The notes under the pieces: generated by a model
What the model saw: only the letters and a program-made list of their open reading frames with translations
Databases searched by the model: none
What the model was told of the DNA's origin: nothing
Part shown: in pieces, positions 29,401 through 39,800 of the stretch
Numbering within the stretch: position 1 is the first letter of the stretch
Layout of the letters: every line of letters begins with the position of its first letter
Origin: a virus
Reading direction: 5' to 3' (one strand)
Length of the DNA: 64,000 bases
Virus record (IMG/VR): IMGVR_UViG_3300025949_000016
Position numbers and translations under genes: made by a program

Positions 29401-32400
29401 GTAATCTTTTGTAAGTTCTGTAACAGTATTATCTTCGAACCATCTTTCAAGGCGTATATCACTAATTTCACCAGATTTATGTTTACGAAGAATTCTAGCT
29501 TTTTCTGCTTCAAACTTGATAGCTCCTTTTTCTGTTAACTGATATGTACTATATTTACTTAAAAGTTCCCTTCTTTTCTTTAGATGTTCGGCTACTTTGT
29601 ACTCATTACTATCAGGAGACTTTTCATACAGTGCAGACAGTCTTGCTAATTGAAAATTAAGATCATCCAACTGATCATAAAGAGTACCTAATCTTTCATC
29701 GTCTTCTTCTTGATCTATAGCAGTCTCGACATCTTCAATATTACCAATAAGAGGTCCCATATAATCCCATATAGAAAATCCTCCTAGATCGTCATATAAC
29801 ATATCTAGAGCATCATGAACTTCAGGAGTATATCTCTGCTCCATATAATCTTTAATAAACTGACGACGTCCTTCCTTTAGCTTATTAATCTTATCTATAA
29901 TCTCTGCCAATTTGACAGGATCTAAATTAGGATCGTTTTCAATAACTCTTTTTTCTTCAAATAAATCTGATAAACCTTTTTTGAACTTTTGTAATTCAAC
30001 TATATGATCGTTATTATAAGCATGCAATAAACTCAATACATTCTTATATGTATAATTACCATTTTCATCTTTACCTTTTTCATAGTCTATCTCCTTATGT
30101 ACTTGAATTAGCGGCGAGTTAAACTCCGTAATTTTACTAGTACTTCTTCCAGTTTCTTTTCCATACCTGTCAATTTGAGACTGGAAGTTGTTTTGCATAT
30201 CAAGTAACTTAGGGGCAATCTCTCCTATATTATCTCGTATGTATTTTTGAAGTCCGGATACAATAGGATTAGGATTAGAAATTGCAGCAAGCATCCATGT
30301 AGAATAAGTATTAGAATCTCCCATCTCTCCTCTTAACCAGTTTTCTACTTGATCTGAGTTTAACGTAAATTGTTTAGTGATTGCGTCCTGTTCTTTTTTA
30401 ATTCTTTTTTCAATCTCTTTAATTCTCCTTTTGTTATTAAATTTAGTGGCGAGCGCCAAACTTTCGTTTAATTTAGTTAAATTTTCGTTAGCAATATCAA
30501 TAGCTTTCTTAGATGCTGGAGATACTATATCTACGAGTTTGGAAGTAATCAAAGGAAAGATACCCATACTATAAACACCTTCTATCTCTTCTCTCTTAAG
30601 AATCATGTTGTTAATTTCACTCACGGGTTCTTTTATACCAGCTTGTTCCATCTTAATCTTAACCGCCTGAATGTCTTTAATAATAGGGTCAAAGTTTCTT
30701 ATGGAAGAGACAATATTTTCATACTCTTTTAGTTTATAATCCGGGTCCGCAATAGAAGTATCTTCATATAATCGTTTAATCTTATTAGACGCCATATTCA
30801 TTAAGGCTGAAATCTCTGATGTAAAATCAAAGAAAAAGTCAACTTGATCTAAGTTATACTCGGGGTTTTCTAGTTTGTTAAGTTGTCTAAAGATAGTCTG
30901 AAATCCTTCTTGAGATTCTGGAAATCTTGAACGTATAGTTGATCCAAAGGACTTTATAGAGAGTAAGGATTTTTCAATAGTCTTTTTTACCTGGTCAGTT
31001 AATTCTTGTGTGAATCTACCTTTAGCTTTTTGACGTTCAGATTCATAATCACCCTCGGCCGTTACTGCAAAGCTTAATCCATAATTTCTATTATCCTCAT
31101 CTTTAAGGTTATTATAAAGCTCTATACGGTCCATATTCTTTAAATAGTCTGATAATGCATCAAACATATTTTCTTCGAATTTAGCCGGGTTTATTTTATC
31201 TATAATACTATTATTAGCATTAATACCAAAGAGCTTAAGAAATCCTCTTAATAGATCTTTCATAAACCTTATAAAAGGATTTTCTTCTGATTCATTTTCT
31301 GAGATAGACTTTAGGTGGTTTTTAAAACTATGATCCATTAAAGCCCCCATTAGAAACTCTTCTGAATTAGAAAACGGATGAGAATCTCTAGCTGCACCTT
31401 TTAGAGACTTAAAGTAATTATAATAACCATCTACGACTTTTTTAAAGGTTTGTTCTTCTGATGTTAAAGGGATTTGATTTCTTTGTTTAAACCAAGGTTG
31501 AAAGGTGAGTCCATGTAGTAATTCATGAAGCGCCGTCATTGCTTCAAATTCTATAGTATTTATGCCCATAGTATTTTTAGCAAATGTGATATTATTAAGA
31601 CCTCTATTAAAATAAGCCTTAGCATCAGGTTGATCCATTTGATCTAACACTCTAATAGAAAGAGAGGAGTTTTTATATAAATACTTGTAAATCAATCTAC
31701 CCATATTTAATAAATCAGCACGCTCCATTACTAACGCTAATCTGGATGCATTGTTTACTATCTCAGTAGTGGTAGGGTTATTTTTATGAGTATAAAGGTT
31801 CTGTAAAAAGAACTCTTTATATTTATTTTGATCTCCTTCAAAGAAAAGTCTATTAATTATATCTTGACGAGTACCTTCTAAAGATATAGTAGGATTGTTA
31901 TTACTAGTACTAGTGAGTACTGGTTCTTTGTCTTCATTAGCTAACTGAGATTGATTTGCTGCAAACTCTTTTTCTTGTTTATCTATAACGTTATAATTGG
32001 CAGGATCTAGTCTATAATTAGAGTCTTGCTTTTGAAGATAAATAGTTTTATTTGCTAGTTCATTATTTAATTTAACCTTATACCATTCATTACCATATTC
32101 ATCTTTAATCCTTGTAGGATTATATCCTTGCTTTTGTAGAATATTATGAATAGTATTTTCATAGAAACTATTAATTGCTGCGAATTTATTTCTACCTTCA
32201 ATAGCATCCTTTATTTCTTTCCTATATTGTTCTATTTCTCTTTTATATTGTGCTTGTGCATTATCATGATCTTTTCTTGCCTCTTTTATATCTCTCTCAT
32301 AAGTTTCTTTTGAAATTTCAAACTCTTCATTGCCATAAAAAGAGTAATATTTTTCTCCTCTTTTTTCAATACCTGTACCTTTTACAAAATATTGACCTGT

Positions 32401-33813
32401 TCTAACACTTTTCTCCCATTCTGCATCTCCACCTTGTAATAATTCTTCTACTCTTTCTATATTTTCTTTCTTTTGCTTTATAAATTGCTCCAGAGTTTCT
32501 TGTCCTTCTATTTTATTAGCAGTATTTCCACTTGGAAACAATACTTCTTCGTATCCTTTCCTTGTACTATCCTGTATAATAGACTTTACAAAGAAGGTTA
32601 CCCAGTTATTTTCCTTATTAAGAAGCTGTAGAAAATTGTTGGCTCTATTCTGTTCAGAGACTAATCTGTCATCTATTCTCCTACCCGCATCCTCGAATAT
32701 TTCATTATATATGTCCTCATTGCTTTGTTCTCCCTTACCAACCAACATAGGGTTGTCCCTACCCTTCTGAAATAGATCAGACTGTACTTCTAGTATTCTT
32801 CTTGTTTTCTTCTCGGGGTATAAAAAATCCTCTGCTTCTTTCTTACTGCTAAATACTCTTACATCTACTCCTTGCTCAGAATCATAAATGGAGAATTCTC
32901 CGTTTCCAATATCTTGCATTCTTAGATTTTTGAATCCATTGGCTATACCTCTCTCAGCAATTTTGTCATCGGATCGAAACCATCCAATTCCTTGAGCCGT
33001 GGCAAATTGTGCATGACCTTTTATAGACGGAGTAATATTGGGAGTTCTTATCTCATTCTCTCTATAGTTGGTACCTCCAGGAACTGTTAGACCGGAGTAG
33101 TACTGAGCATAGTTGTCCATATTAGTCTCAGTAGTATCTCCACTACTAGCTCTTAATGCAACTAGAGTCCTATTATAATCCTCTCTTGATTTATCTTTAG
33201 CTTCATCAATCTCCACAGTATAACTCAAATCAGCAAGGAGCCCTGTGATCATGTCATCCAAACTTTTGGGATGGTTTTTATCTACCCATTGTTTTAGATA
33301 GTCTATTTGTTGTTTGGGAGAAAATGCACTCAATTCTTTATAAAACTTATCTCTATCTGAGTTAAAGAATCTTTTATAGAAATTTGCTATTTTATCATTT
33401 CTTAAAGCATTTACTATTTTTAATGTGTAGTTTATAGGAAGGTTATAATCAGACTGTTCTAAAGCTTGTTTATATATATCACTATCTTTAGTAGGATATA
33501 ATTCTATTGCAATTTTAGAGAGATTAGGTCCTAATACTCTTCTAGCACCTTCTGCTTCAGATGGAGAAGAATGTAACTGCTCAGACATTTCTTTTAAAAA
33601 TTGAGCAGGGTTCATATCAAAAGCTTTCTCATACATAGGAAATGAAAGCTCATTTCTATGTTCTTTAGCTGCTTCTAAAAGCTCATCTACACTTAATTCA
33701 ACACTTGCTAAACTTCCATTATGTTGATGCCAATACTTATAAGCCTCTAGCTCACCTCTAGTTTTTACTAAATATTTCCAACGATAATCATTAAAATTTG
33801 GACATTGGTTCAT
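26488..33813 (-). CDS. giant virion cargo protein adjacent to the RNA polymerase, with zincin and polyvalent-type domains
   Basis: 2441 aa; PGGTNYRE/EVQSD domain, HELLH motif; position typical of crAss-like phages. Confidence 0.75.
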   Translation of the reverse strand: MNQCPNFNDYRWKYLVKTRGELEAYKYWHQHNGSLASVELSVDELLEAAKEHRNELSFPMYEKAFDMNPAQFLKEMSEQLHSSPSEAEGARRVLGPNLSKIAIELYPTKDSDIYKQALEQSDYNLPINYTLKIVNALRNDKIANFYKRFFNSDRDKFYKELSAFSPKQQIDYLKQWVDKNHPKSLDDMITGLLADLSYTVEIDEAKDKSREDYNRTLVALRASSGDTTETNMDNYAQYYSGLTVPGGTNYRENEIRTPNITPSIKGHAQFATAQGIGWFRSDDKIAERGIANGFKNLRMQDIGNGEFSIYDSEQGVDVRVFSSKKEAEDFLYPEKKTRRILEVQSDLFQKGRDNPMLVGKGEQSNEDIYNEIFEDAGRRIDDRLVSEQNRANNFLQLLNKENNWVTFFVKSIIQDSTRKGYEEVLFPSGNTANKIEGQETLEQFIKQKKENIERVEELLQGGDAEWEKSVRTGQYFVKGTGIEKRGEKYYSFYGNEEFEISKETYERDIKEARKDHDNAQAQYKREIEQYRKEIKDAIEGRNKFAAINSFYENTIHNILQKQGYNPTRIKDEYGNEWYKVKLNNELANKTIYLQKQDSNYRLDPANYNVIDKQEKEFAANQSQLANEDKEPVLTSTSNNNPTISLEGTRQDIINRLFFEGDQNKYKEFFLQNLYTHKNNPTTTEIVNNASRLALVMERADLLNMGRLIYKYLYKNSSLSIRVLDQMDQPDAKAYFNRGLNNITFAKNTMGINTIEFEAMTALHELLHGLTFQPWFKQRNQIPLTSEEQTFKKVVDGYYNYFKSLKGAARDSHPFSNSEEFLMGALMDHSFKNHLKSISENESEENPFIRFMKDLLRGFLKLFGINANNSIIDKINPAKFEENMFDALSDYLKNMDRIELYNNLKDEDNRNYGLSFAVTAEGDYESERQKAKGRFTQELTDQVKKTIEKSLLSIKSFGSTIRSRFPESQEGFQTIFRQLNKLENPEYNLDQVDFFFDFTSEISALMNMASNKIKRLYEDTSIADPDYKLKEYENIVSSIRNFDPIIKDIQAVKIKMEQAGIKEPVSEINNMILKREEIEGVYSMGIFPLITSKLVDIVSPASKKAIDIANENLTKLNESLALATKFNNKRRIKEIEKRIKKEQDAITKQFTLNSDQVENWLRGEMGDSNTYSTWMLAAISNPNPIVSGLQKYIRDNIGEIAPKLLDMQNNFQSQIDRYGKETGRSTSKITEFNSPLIQVHKEIDYEKGKDENGNYTYKNVLSLLHAYNNDHIVELQKFKKGLSDLFEEKRVIENDPNLDPVKLAEIIDKINKLKEGRRQFIKDYMEQRYTPEVHDALDMLYDDLGGFSIWDYMGPLIGNIEDVETAIDQEEDDERLGTLYDQLDDLNFQLARLSALYEKSPDSNEYKVAEHLKKRRELLSKYSTYQLTEKGAIKFEAEKARILRKHKSGEISDIRLERWFEDNTVTELTKDYWEEKKRILNSLHNLQTAMGLTNNKNEDLKKLYDGMEEIAKPYRDNNGIINGRDISEDEVRDVKRIEEEIEEIKSNIESANGLTKNEKIRLSNLYNQRSEIIEKINFTWGDTEELDGDLQKINDEIAIIESNKKNVSGELMKEYIKLLKELGKLDERKDTKYYHDEIAERTEQLKWAVDITQMPEKFFLSGATYQKNGNDWIEIKGGKVDGKDKSFIENLYRTSKAEIALKSSDWWKENHITVQNFKVDETYNPAQPGSFSGEWVEEERPIYIWQQTRPRDNKYINEGQPSIKYKKRTIKDEYVNKNYKESISGDVQPKLFGAKDDRFVNQDYKRLVSSSDPKDKATLNYLSFLTNIYLKAQESIPTPRRKGYELPSIRKTELERLFSNSITKGVPESFSRLGQFLRAWNDKVTKNEQDKDVLYGYNDDFTGLVPMKFLGVISAEDQSIDLARSILAFAEESLKRDQLVKSLPLVNAVKDVVNNPDYKPVKTKNGVVQTMRRKYVPKGTGLAIRSSMSNTALQINEMIKSEIYGESMKDIPGVKAINNILGAGAKLMLGFNLNSSIQNYVNAFTQSIMETESKKSGSFTMKNFFQAQKIYYANIHELMSDMGKYGNKSYINQFFDYFGGINFKLYSKNNKTLAAGKVRELVSSLSVPNTITEHMLNYHMGIAISLNYRVKAMIDGKETYIPIFDAFTLKNRKLELKPEVVVTEEDRKEMISRLNSSSRRINGEYGDRILADKFILTKLALFMNRYVIPFTVKRYGARRLDIQDGIRDEGYWRLLGKLLLRDIKSEWYLPPIVSGWKYYTKEEKAAVIKASTEFGFTIVFFLMLRALGGDDNKKLKDNSLLANNLIYALKGIQQQNEAFQPIPGVGFDDLLRKIQNPFPILGKIKNLVNLVNHGSQSLYYELGLPGVDKSDVIYSKKVGWHEPGEFKVMADVEKLVALPQRLMQYMYPDQAVKNLDAMSRIK

Positions 33814-36800
33814 TACTTACAATTTTTTAACATTTGTTCATATTCTTCGTCTGTAAAGAGTTTTAATTGATTTGGATTAAATTCATCTATATTTTTATAC
33901 CTTAATAATCCATATTCTGAAAGAACTCTTTCAACTTCTTCTAAGTTTTCTTCAGGTACTTCATCATTTTGATAAGCTTCTAATGCTTTAGTAATAGTTG
34001 GATATATTAAATCAAACTTATCATTAGTTATACTCTTTAAGTCTTTTATTAAATCTTCCAGAGTTTCATATTCACTTAATAAACTATCTCCAAACTTTTG
34101 ATATAATTTCCAGAAGTTTTCAAAGTTTTCTGGAGTTAGTCTTGTTGTTACACTTTCTTCATGTAAATTATCAGGTTTAGTATCTAATGGAGCATCATAG
34201 AATTCTGGTTCATAATTAGATAATTGATCCATCATTAATTTAAACTCCGCTTTACCTAAAGCTTGTTTAAATTCTGATTCATTTTCTCCTACTTCTTCTC
34301 CTGGCCAATATTGCCTTTCTGTCTTAATAGGAGTTTCAAGTAACTGTTTCTGTTCTATCTGGGGGTTACTGGGAGCTACTGGACTTATATCATAAACTGC
34401 TAATTTTCCTTTACCATTAAACCAATCTTTAGTTTGTTGAAATTTAAAGTCATTTACAGAGTTAACACCTTCTGATTGTAAGATTGCTTTTTGCCCACCT
34501 GCTTCTGTAATATTAAGCATCCCACGATAATGAACATTAAAAGGAGTATCTCCTAGTTTCATTATACCAGTCTCTCCTGGGTTTAATCCAATAGATCTAG
34601 CGGCAGCTTCATTTCTAGTCGTTGTAGTTTTCTTACCTTCCAATATCTTTTTAATATTATCAAGCTGAAAAGGTATAGAGACTTGTTTTGTTTCTTTGGT
34701 TTCTTTTCTTACTACATTTTCATAAGGAGCTGGCTCCGATTTAGTTTGAATTTGATGCTTGATAATATTAATCTTTCCAGTCTTCTTGGCTATTTCTTCT
34801 GAAATTTTAGGAGATAAGTAATAATCACGACCTCTCCAAGATTGGATATTAGTAGATCCATTTAAGTTATTGAATTGGGCTATAAATTCTTTAGAATAAT
34901 CTTTCATTAATTCAGGATCATTACCTACGTATTTCATCAGGTTCTTAATAGCAGTTTTAAATATGTCTGCTAAAACCTCATAAGGTACGAGTTCTTGATA
35001 GCTTATATTACTTTTAGAAAATCCAGACTGAACAAATCCTAGAATAGCCATGTCAGTGAAGAACTTACGTATTTCGTCAGCCTCCATTGGAGTATATTTT
35101 CTAGAATTGTCTAAATTAATCAACTCTCTAAACTCAGCAATATATCTATTTTGATCGTCTGTAGTATTTTCAAACAACCTATAAATTTCAATATTAGATT
35201 TTTTAACTTGCGCTTTATTAGAAAAATTAGGTCTAATTCTATTTACTAGTGAGTAATCAGTCTTAAGTCCAGGATATTTACTTATTAATTCATTAAATCT
35301 TCTAGCAACATTATTCTTTCCTTCTGTTAAATATTTACCATAACGTTGCAAAGCAGTATCTCCAATTTTTGCCATGCTTTTTACTGCATACTCAATCCAT
35401 TGATTTTCGATATTTCCTATTGTCTTACGTTGGATAGTTCTATTCTTAAATTGAACTTGACCATTGATAAATGGAATTATTTGTTGAGTAAATCTAGGAT
35501 TAAATGCTACAGGCATAAGTTGAGCACCAATAGTGGCTATTAATTTTCTATTTTCAAAAGGGGCTATTACACTCTTATCAAGCATTTTACCAAACTCTTC
35601 TATATTGAACATCCTATTTCTTCCTAGATTACTAATAGCGTCAAATGCTTGCCATACAGATATTGGACTACTTATTTTAGTTGTATCAAAGTTAAGTAAA
35701 GTTTGAAAATTTCTAAAAAGTTGTGCTTGCTCTTGAAGGGAAATAAAATAAGCAAACACTATCGCATTATAACTTTTATTTCTTTGTTCACTTAGAAATT
35801 CATCAACCTTACTTTGCTTAACTGTAGTTCTTTTAAGTATATCTTTACTTAAATAAAATTTATCAATATCTTTACCATTTAGAACCCTATTAACCGCGTT
35901 ATTAAATTCTTTATAATCTAGTTTTAAATGTCCTTGCTCATTTGTATAATAAAAGTTTTGATCCGTTAATTGACCCAAAATTCTTGCTTGAATGTCCGTC
36001 TTAGATTCAAAAACTCCTTTCTTACGTAAATCTGAATAATAACGAAGTAATGCAGGTTGATTTAAGAATCGCATTGCTCTATCAAATGGTACTCCTTGAT
36101 TAATAAGATGACATAAAACATTTACATTTTCAAAGGATGCATTTACGTATCCGAAGAAGTCATCTGAAGCAGCGTCAACTGTAGCGTTAATTAACTGATT
36201 AAGATAGTCTTGCTTAAGTGTGCCATCGACTGAATATTTATCACCTAAATTAATTCTACCATTTTTCATTACTTTATCTCTTTCCTTGGGAGATAAAAGC
36301 ATAAGTCTTACATTTCTAATAACAGGGGAGTTGGTTAATTGGTAATGATTATTCATTGTAACTCCTGCTTGCTGCATAAGTGTAGTAAAGGTATTATTAA
36401 CCGCAAATATAGCAAGAAGTTTCTTAGCAGAAAGTAATGTTTCAAATTTTCTAAGATTACTTTGGTAACGATAAATTTGTGTTCCACTGTAAGGCCGTGG
36501 ATCATCAATATCTCCTTGTCTACGTTTACCAATATCAACTGCAATTTGATTAACTTCTCCTTTAATTAAATCCGTATCATTGGGACGAATTAATTTTTCA
36601 AAGGTTTTAGGATCTGATAAGATCTCTGAAAATAAATCTATAATCTTATTGGCATAACCTTCTTTACTATTATCAGTAATTAAGTTACCTTGATCATCTA
36701 GTGATGGTCTGAATATAGAGAGTTTGTCAATATCAAAGTCAGAACCTGCTTTAGCTACGATTTCTGCTGGTACAATAGCCACAGATCCTGCATGAGGAGG

Positions 36801-39800
36801 TAAAAATTCAGCCACTTCTAAGTTCTCAATAGAGTTATGTCCTTGAGTAGGTATACGATATCCTATTAAAGAAATTTTTTTAGCATTATTATTTCTCCAT
36901 TTATCATTTTTTAATGCTTCATTAAGTCTTTCTAATGTTCCAATATTTTCACCGTCTGGATGCTGTTTAAACAAGAGTTTTTCAAATCCACCAATTAATG
37001 CCACTTTAACTTGAGCTTTACTAGTTCTAAGTGGCTTTCCATTCTCGTCATATTCCATATGGTAAAATTTAAGACCATTTGTACCATACTTTTTAATTTC
37101 ATCCTCAGTAGCATTACGATACTTAAAGTCATTGGATTGAAATCCAGAACTAGATATTTGGATAAGTTGGTCACCACTCAACTTTTGAATCCTCAATTTT
37201 CTATCAATAACACCCATTATAAGATCTTGTATGGCTCTTCTATTAAGAGATGCTTCGAGTGGAAACATCATCTTTTTAGTAGACTCATCATATTGGATAT
37301 AATCTTTGATATTATCGTTAAGATCTCTTAAATCTGCTTGGGCTTGAATAGTAGAAATAAACTTGGGCATGTTTTCTATAAAGAGTTTACCACCCTCTTC
37401 TTTTAAGGATAGTTCCTTGTATAGAGCATCTTTACCTAAATTAACTATACCACGTATATAGCTTTTATAACGTTCATGTCTTTCTGTATCTTGTTCAGAA
37501 GCTTCTCCATTTGAGAAAATATTAGCTTCAATTAACTTACGTACTTGAGATCCAAAGATAGACTCCTCTTTAATTTTAGGACTTGTATTAATTTGCTCTT
37601 TAAGATAGTCTAAAAAATGGGTGGACAGGTCTGCTTTACTGAGATCTACTCCAGAAAATCCATCTTCGTTATAAAGACTATAGGCAGGGGCTTTATATTT
37701 CTTAGTACCAGATAGGAATTTAGCATATCCTACTCCATGCTTAATCATTTCGTTATGAACTTGTTCAAGAGGAGTATTTTGAATAATAGAAGGAATAAGA
37801 GGAGCCACAGAGAATTTATCCATCACCATTGCTGCAGTTCCAGTAGCTTGAATAGGACCGTTATATTGAATCTTAAGTGGTGGAAAATAAGAATAAGTAT
37901 CTTTATTCTTTTGTAAGAATTCTCTATCTAGTTCTTTTTGTTCGTTGGAATAATTAGAATTAAAATCAGCATGTGCTAACCGCCATTTAGCCAGTTCAAC
38001 TTTATACATTCTTTCTTGATCATCACTCCAGTTATTAATAGACTTTAAGAATTGACGATAAAAATCTAATGTAATCCAACCCTGGCCATCACCTATATTT
38101 AATTTACCGTATTTATCTAAAAACTTATTAAGGTCGTTTTGACTTAAAGAAGGATTAACTGCTTTCAGATCTTTCTTATAAATTTCCAAATACTTAGAAG
38201 CACGTTCATCATCTGCAAAATTTACAGTGCGAGTTGTCTTATAGTTATTCTGAACTAAAGATCCCATGAAACCTGCAAATGTATTATTTTCACTTTTCTG
38301 CATATGACGAGCAAATAACTCATCTGTTATAGGAGTTTTACCAGTAGAGATATCACCCTTGGAACGTTTAAAGTAATCTTTGTAGTCAACCTGATAAATA
38401 GTATCTCCATTAAAAAGTTTAGTATACTCAACATTTAAAATAAAGTCATTAGCTAAAAAAGCTCTTATTTTCTGATCAAACGCTTTACCAGTTATGTTTG
38501 TACCTAAATCAGCATGTGTTATGTTTTCTTCTAAAAGAAGTTTTTTAAACTTAGCAAGTTGATCAGTAAAATAAAATTCAATTGCTTTCTCTATATCATT
38601 TCTATTCCTTTGAATAACTTCTTTAGGAGAGAATTTTTCAAGATCAGATTTTAAAGTATTCTTTAGTTTTTCTGTATCTTTAATATCTAATCTAAGTATA
38701 TCTCTAAATAAATTAAATCCTTTAGCTTCTTTTAATAGTTGAGGATTTTTCTTATAAATATCTACATCGTCCGCAGTCTTCATCCTATTAAGCTCATCTG
38801 TAAGATAATTATCTATCATTATATGTCCAAATGTAGGGCTACCAAAACTTGCGGTAAATTCACTTATACCTACTGGCAAATAAGCTTTAGATGGATCTAA
38901 CTTATCTTTTCCTTTGTATTTTTCAAGTTTAATAAAATAAGCACTCTTAGAACTCTCCGTTCTCATTACTTCAACTGCACCTCTTGATAGTAAAGAATTA
39001 AGATCAAATATAGCTTTCTGACGTACGTTTAAATTAGTAGTAGAGTAGCCAACTGTGTTTCCATTCTTATCTTCTCCTTTTAAACCGTTATAGTTACCTA
39101 CTATAATATTATTATCACGTTTTTCTCCAGTTTTTGGATCAAATAAATATTCTAAAAATATAGATCCTTTTACATAAGGGTTATTAGTGAAATCTAAATA
39201 TTGTGTAGTAGGATCATTAATTATATCTCTATAGGATCTAGCTCGATTAATTTTATTGCTTACAATAGATAAAGTATGATTCAAGCTAAGACCATAAATC
39301 ATTTCTCCTTCAGAAGTCTGATAAGAGAGTGAAGGAGCTTCAGTAGAGAACTTAGCTTCTAAGAATAGTAAACCATTGAAAGTTCCTTGTAGTCCGGGGG
39401 CTAAGAAAACTCCATTACCATACATATCACTTTTTAGATCAAAAATTGGATTAAAAATTCTCTGACCATACTGATGTCTTATATTAATATTATCTTGAAT
39501 GTTCTTTAGATATTGAGATAATTCGTTTCTATAAAATGGCTGTTTTTTAGTTTGTTCTGAAAAAGAAAATCCTACTAGTTTTAAAAAGGCATCCCTTCCC
39601 TGAGGAGTGGCCATATTATAAGTTAAAACTTTATTAGGATTTAAATAATATTTACCAGTTTCAGGATCAGCTAGAATATTCTCGTTAACTACATCAGGGT
39701 CCGTGGTTAATCTTCCAACAAAATTATTAGTCCAAAGTCTAGATACCTGGTCTCTATTTCTTTTAGTCTCTTCATTAAAGTAAAAGAGATTTGTACCATT

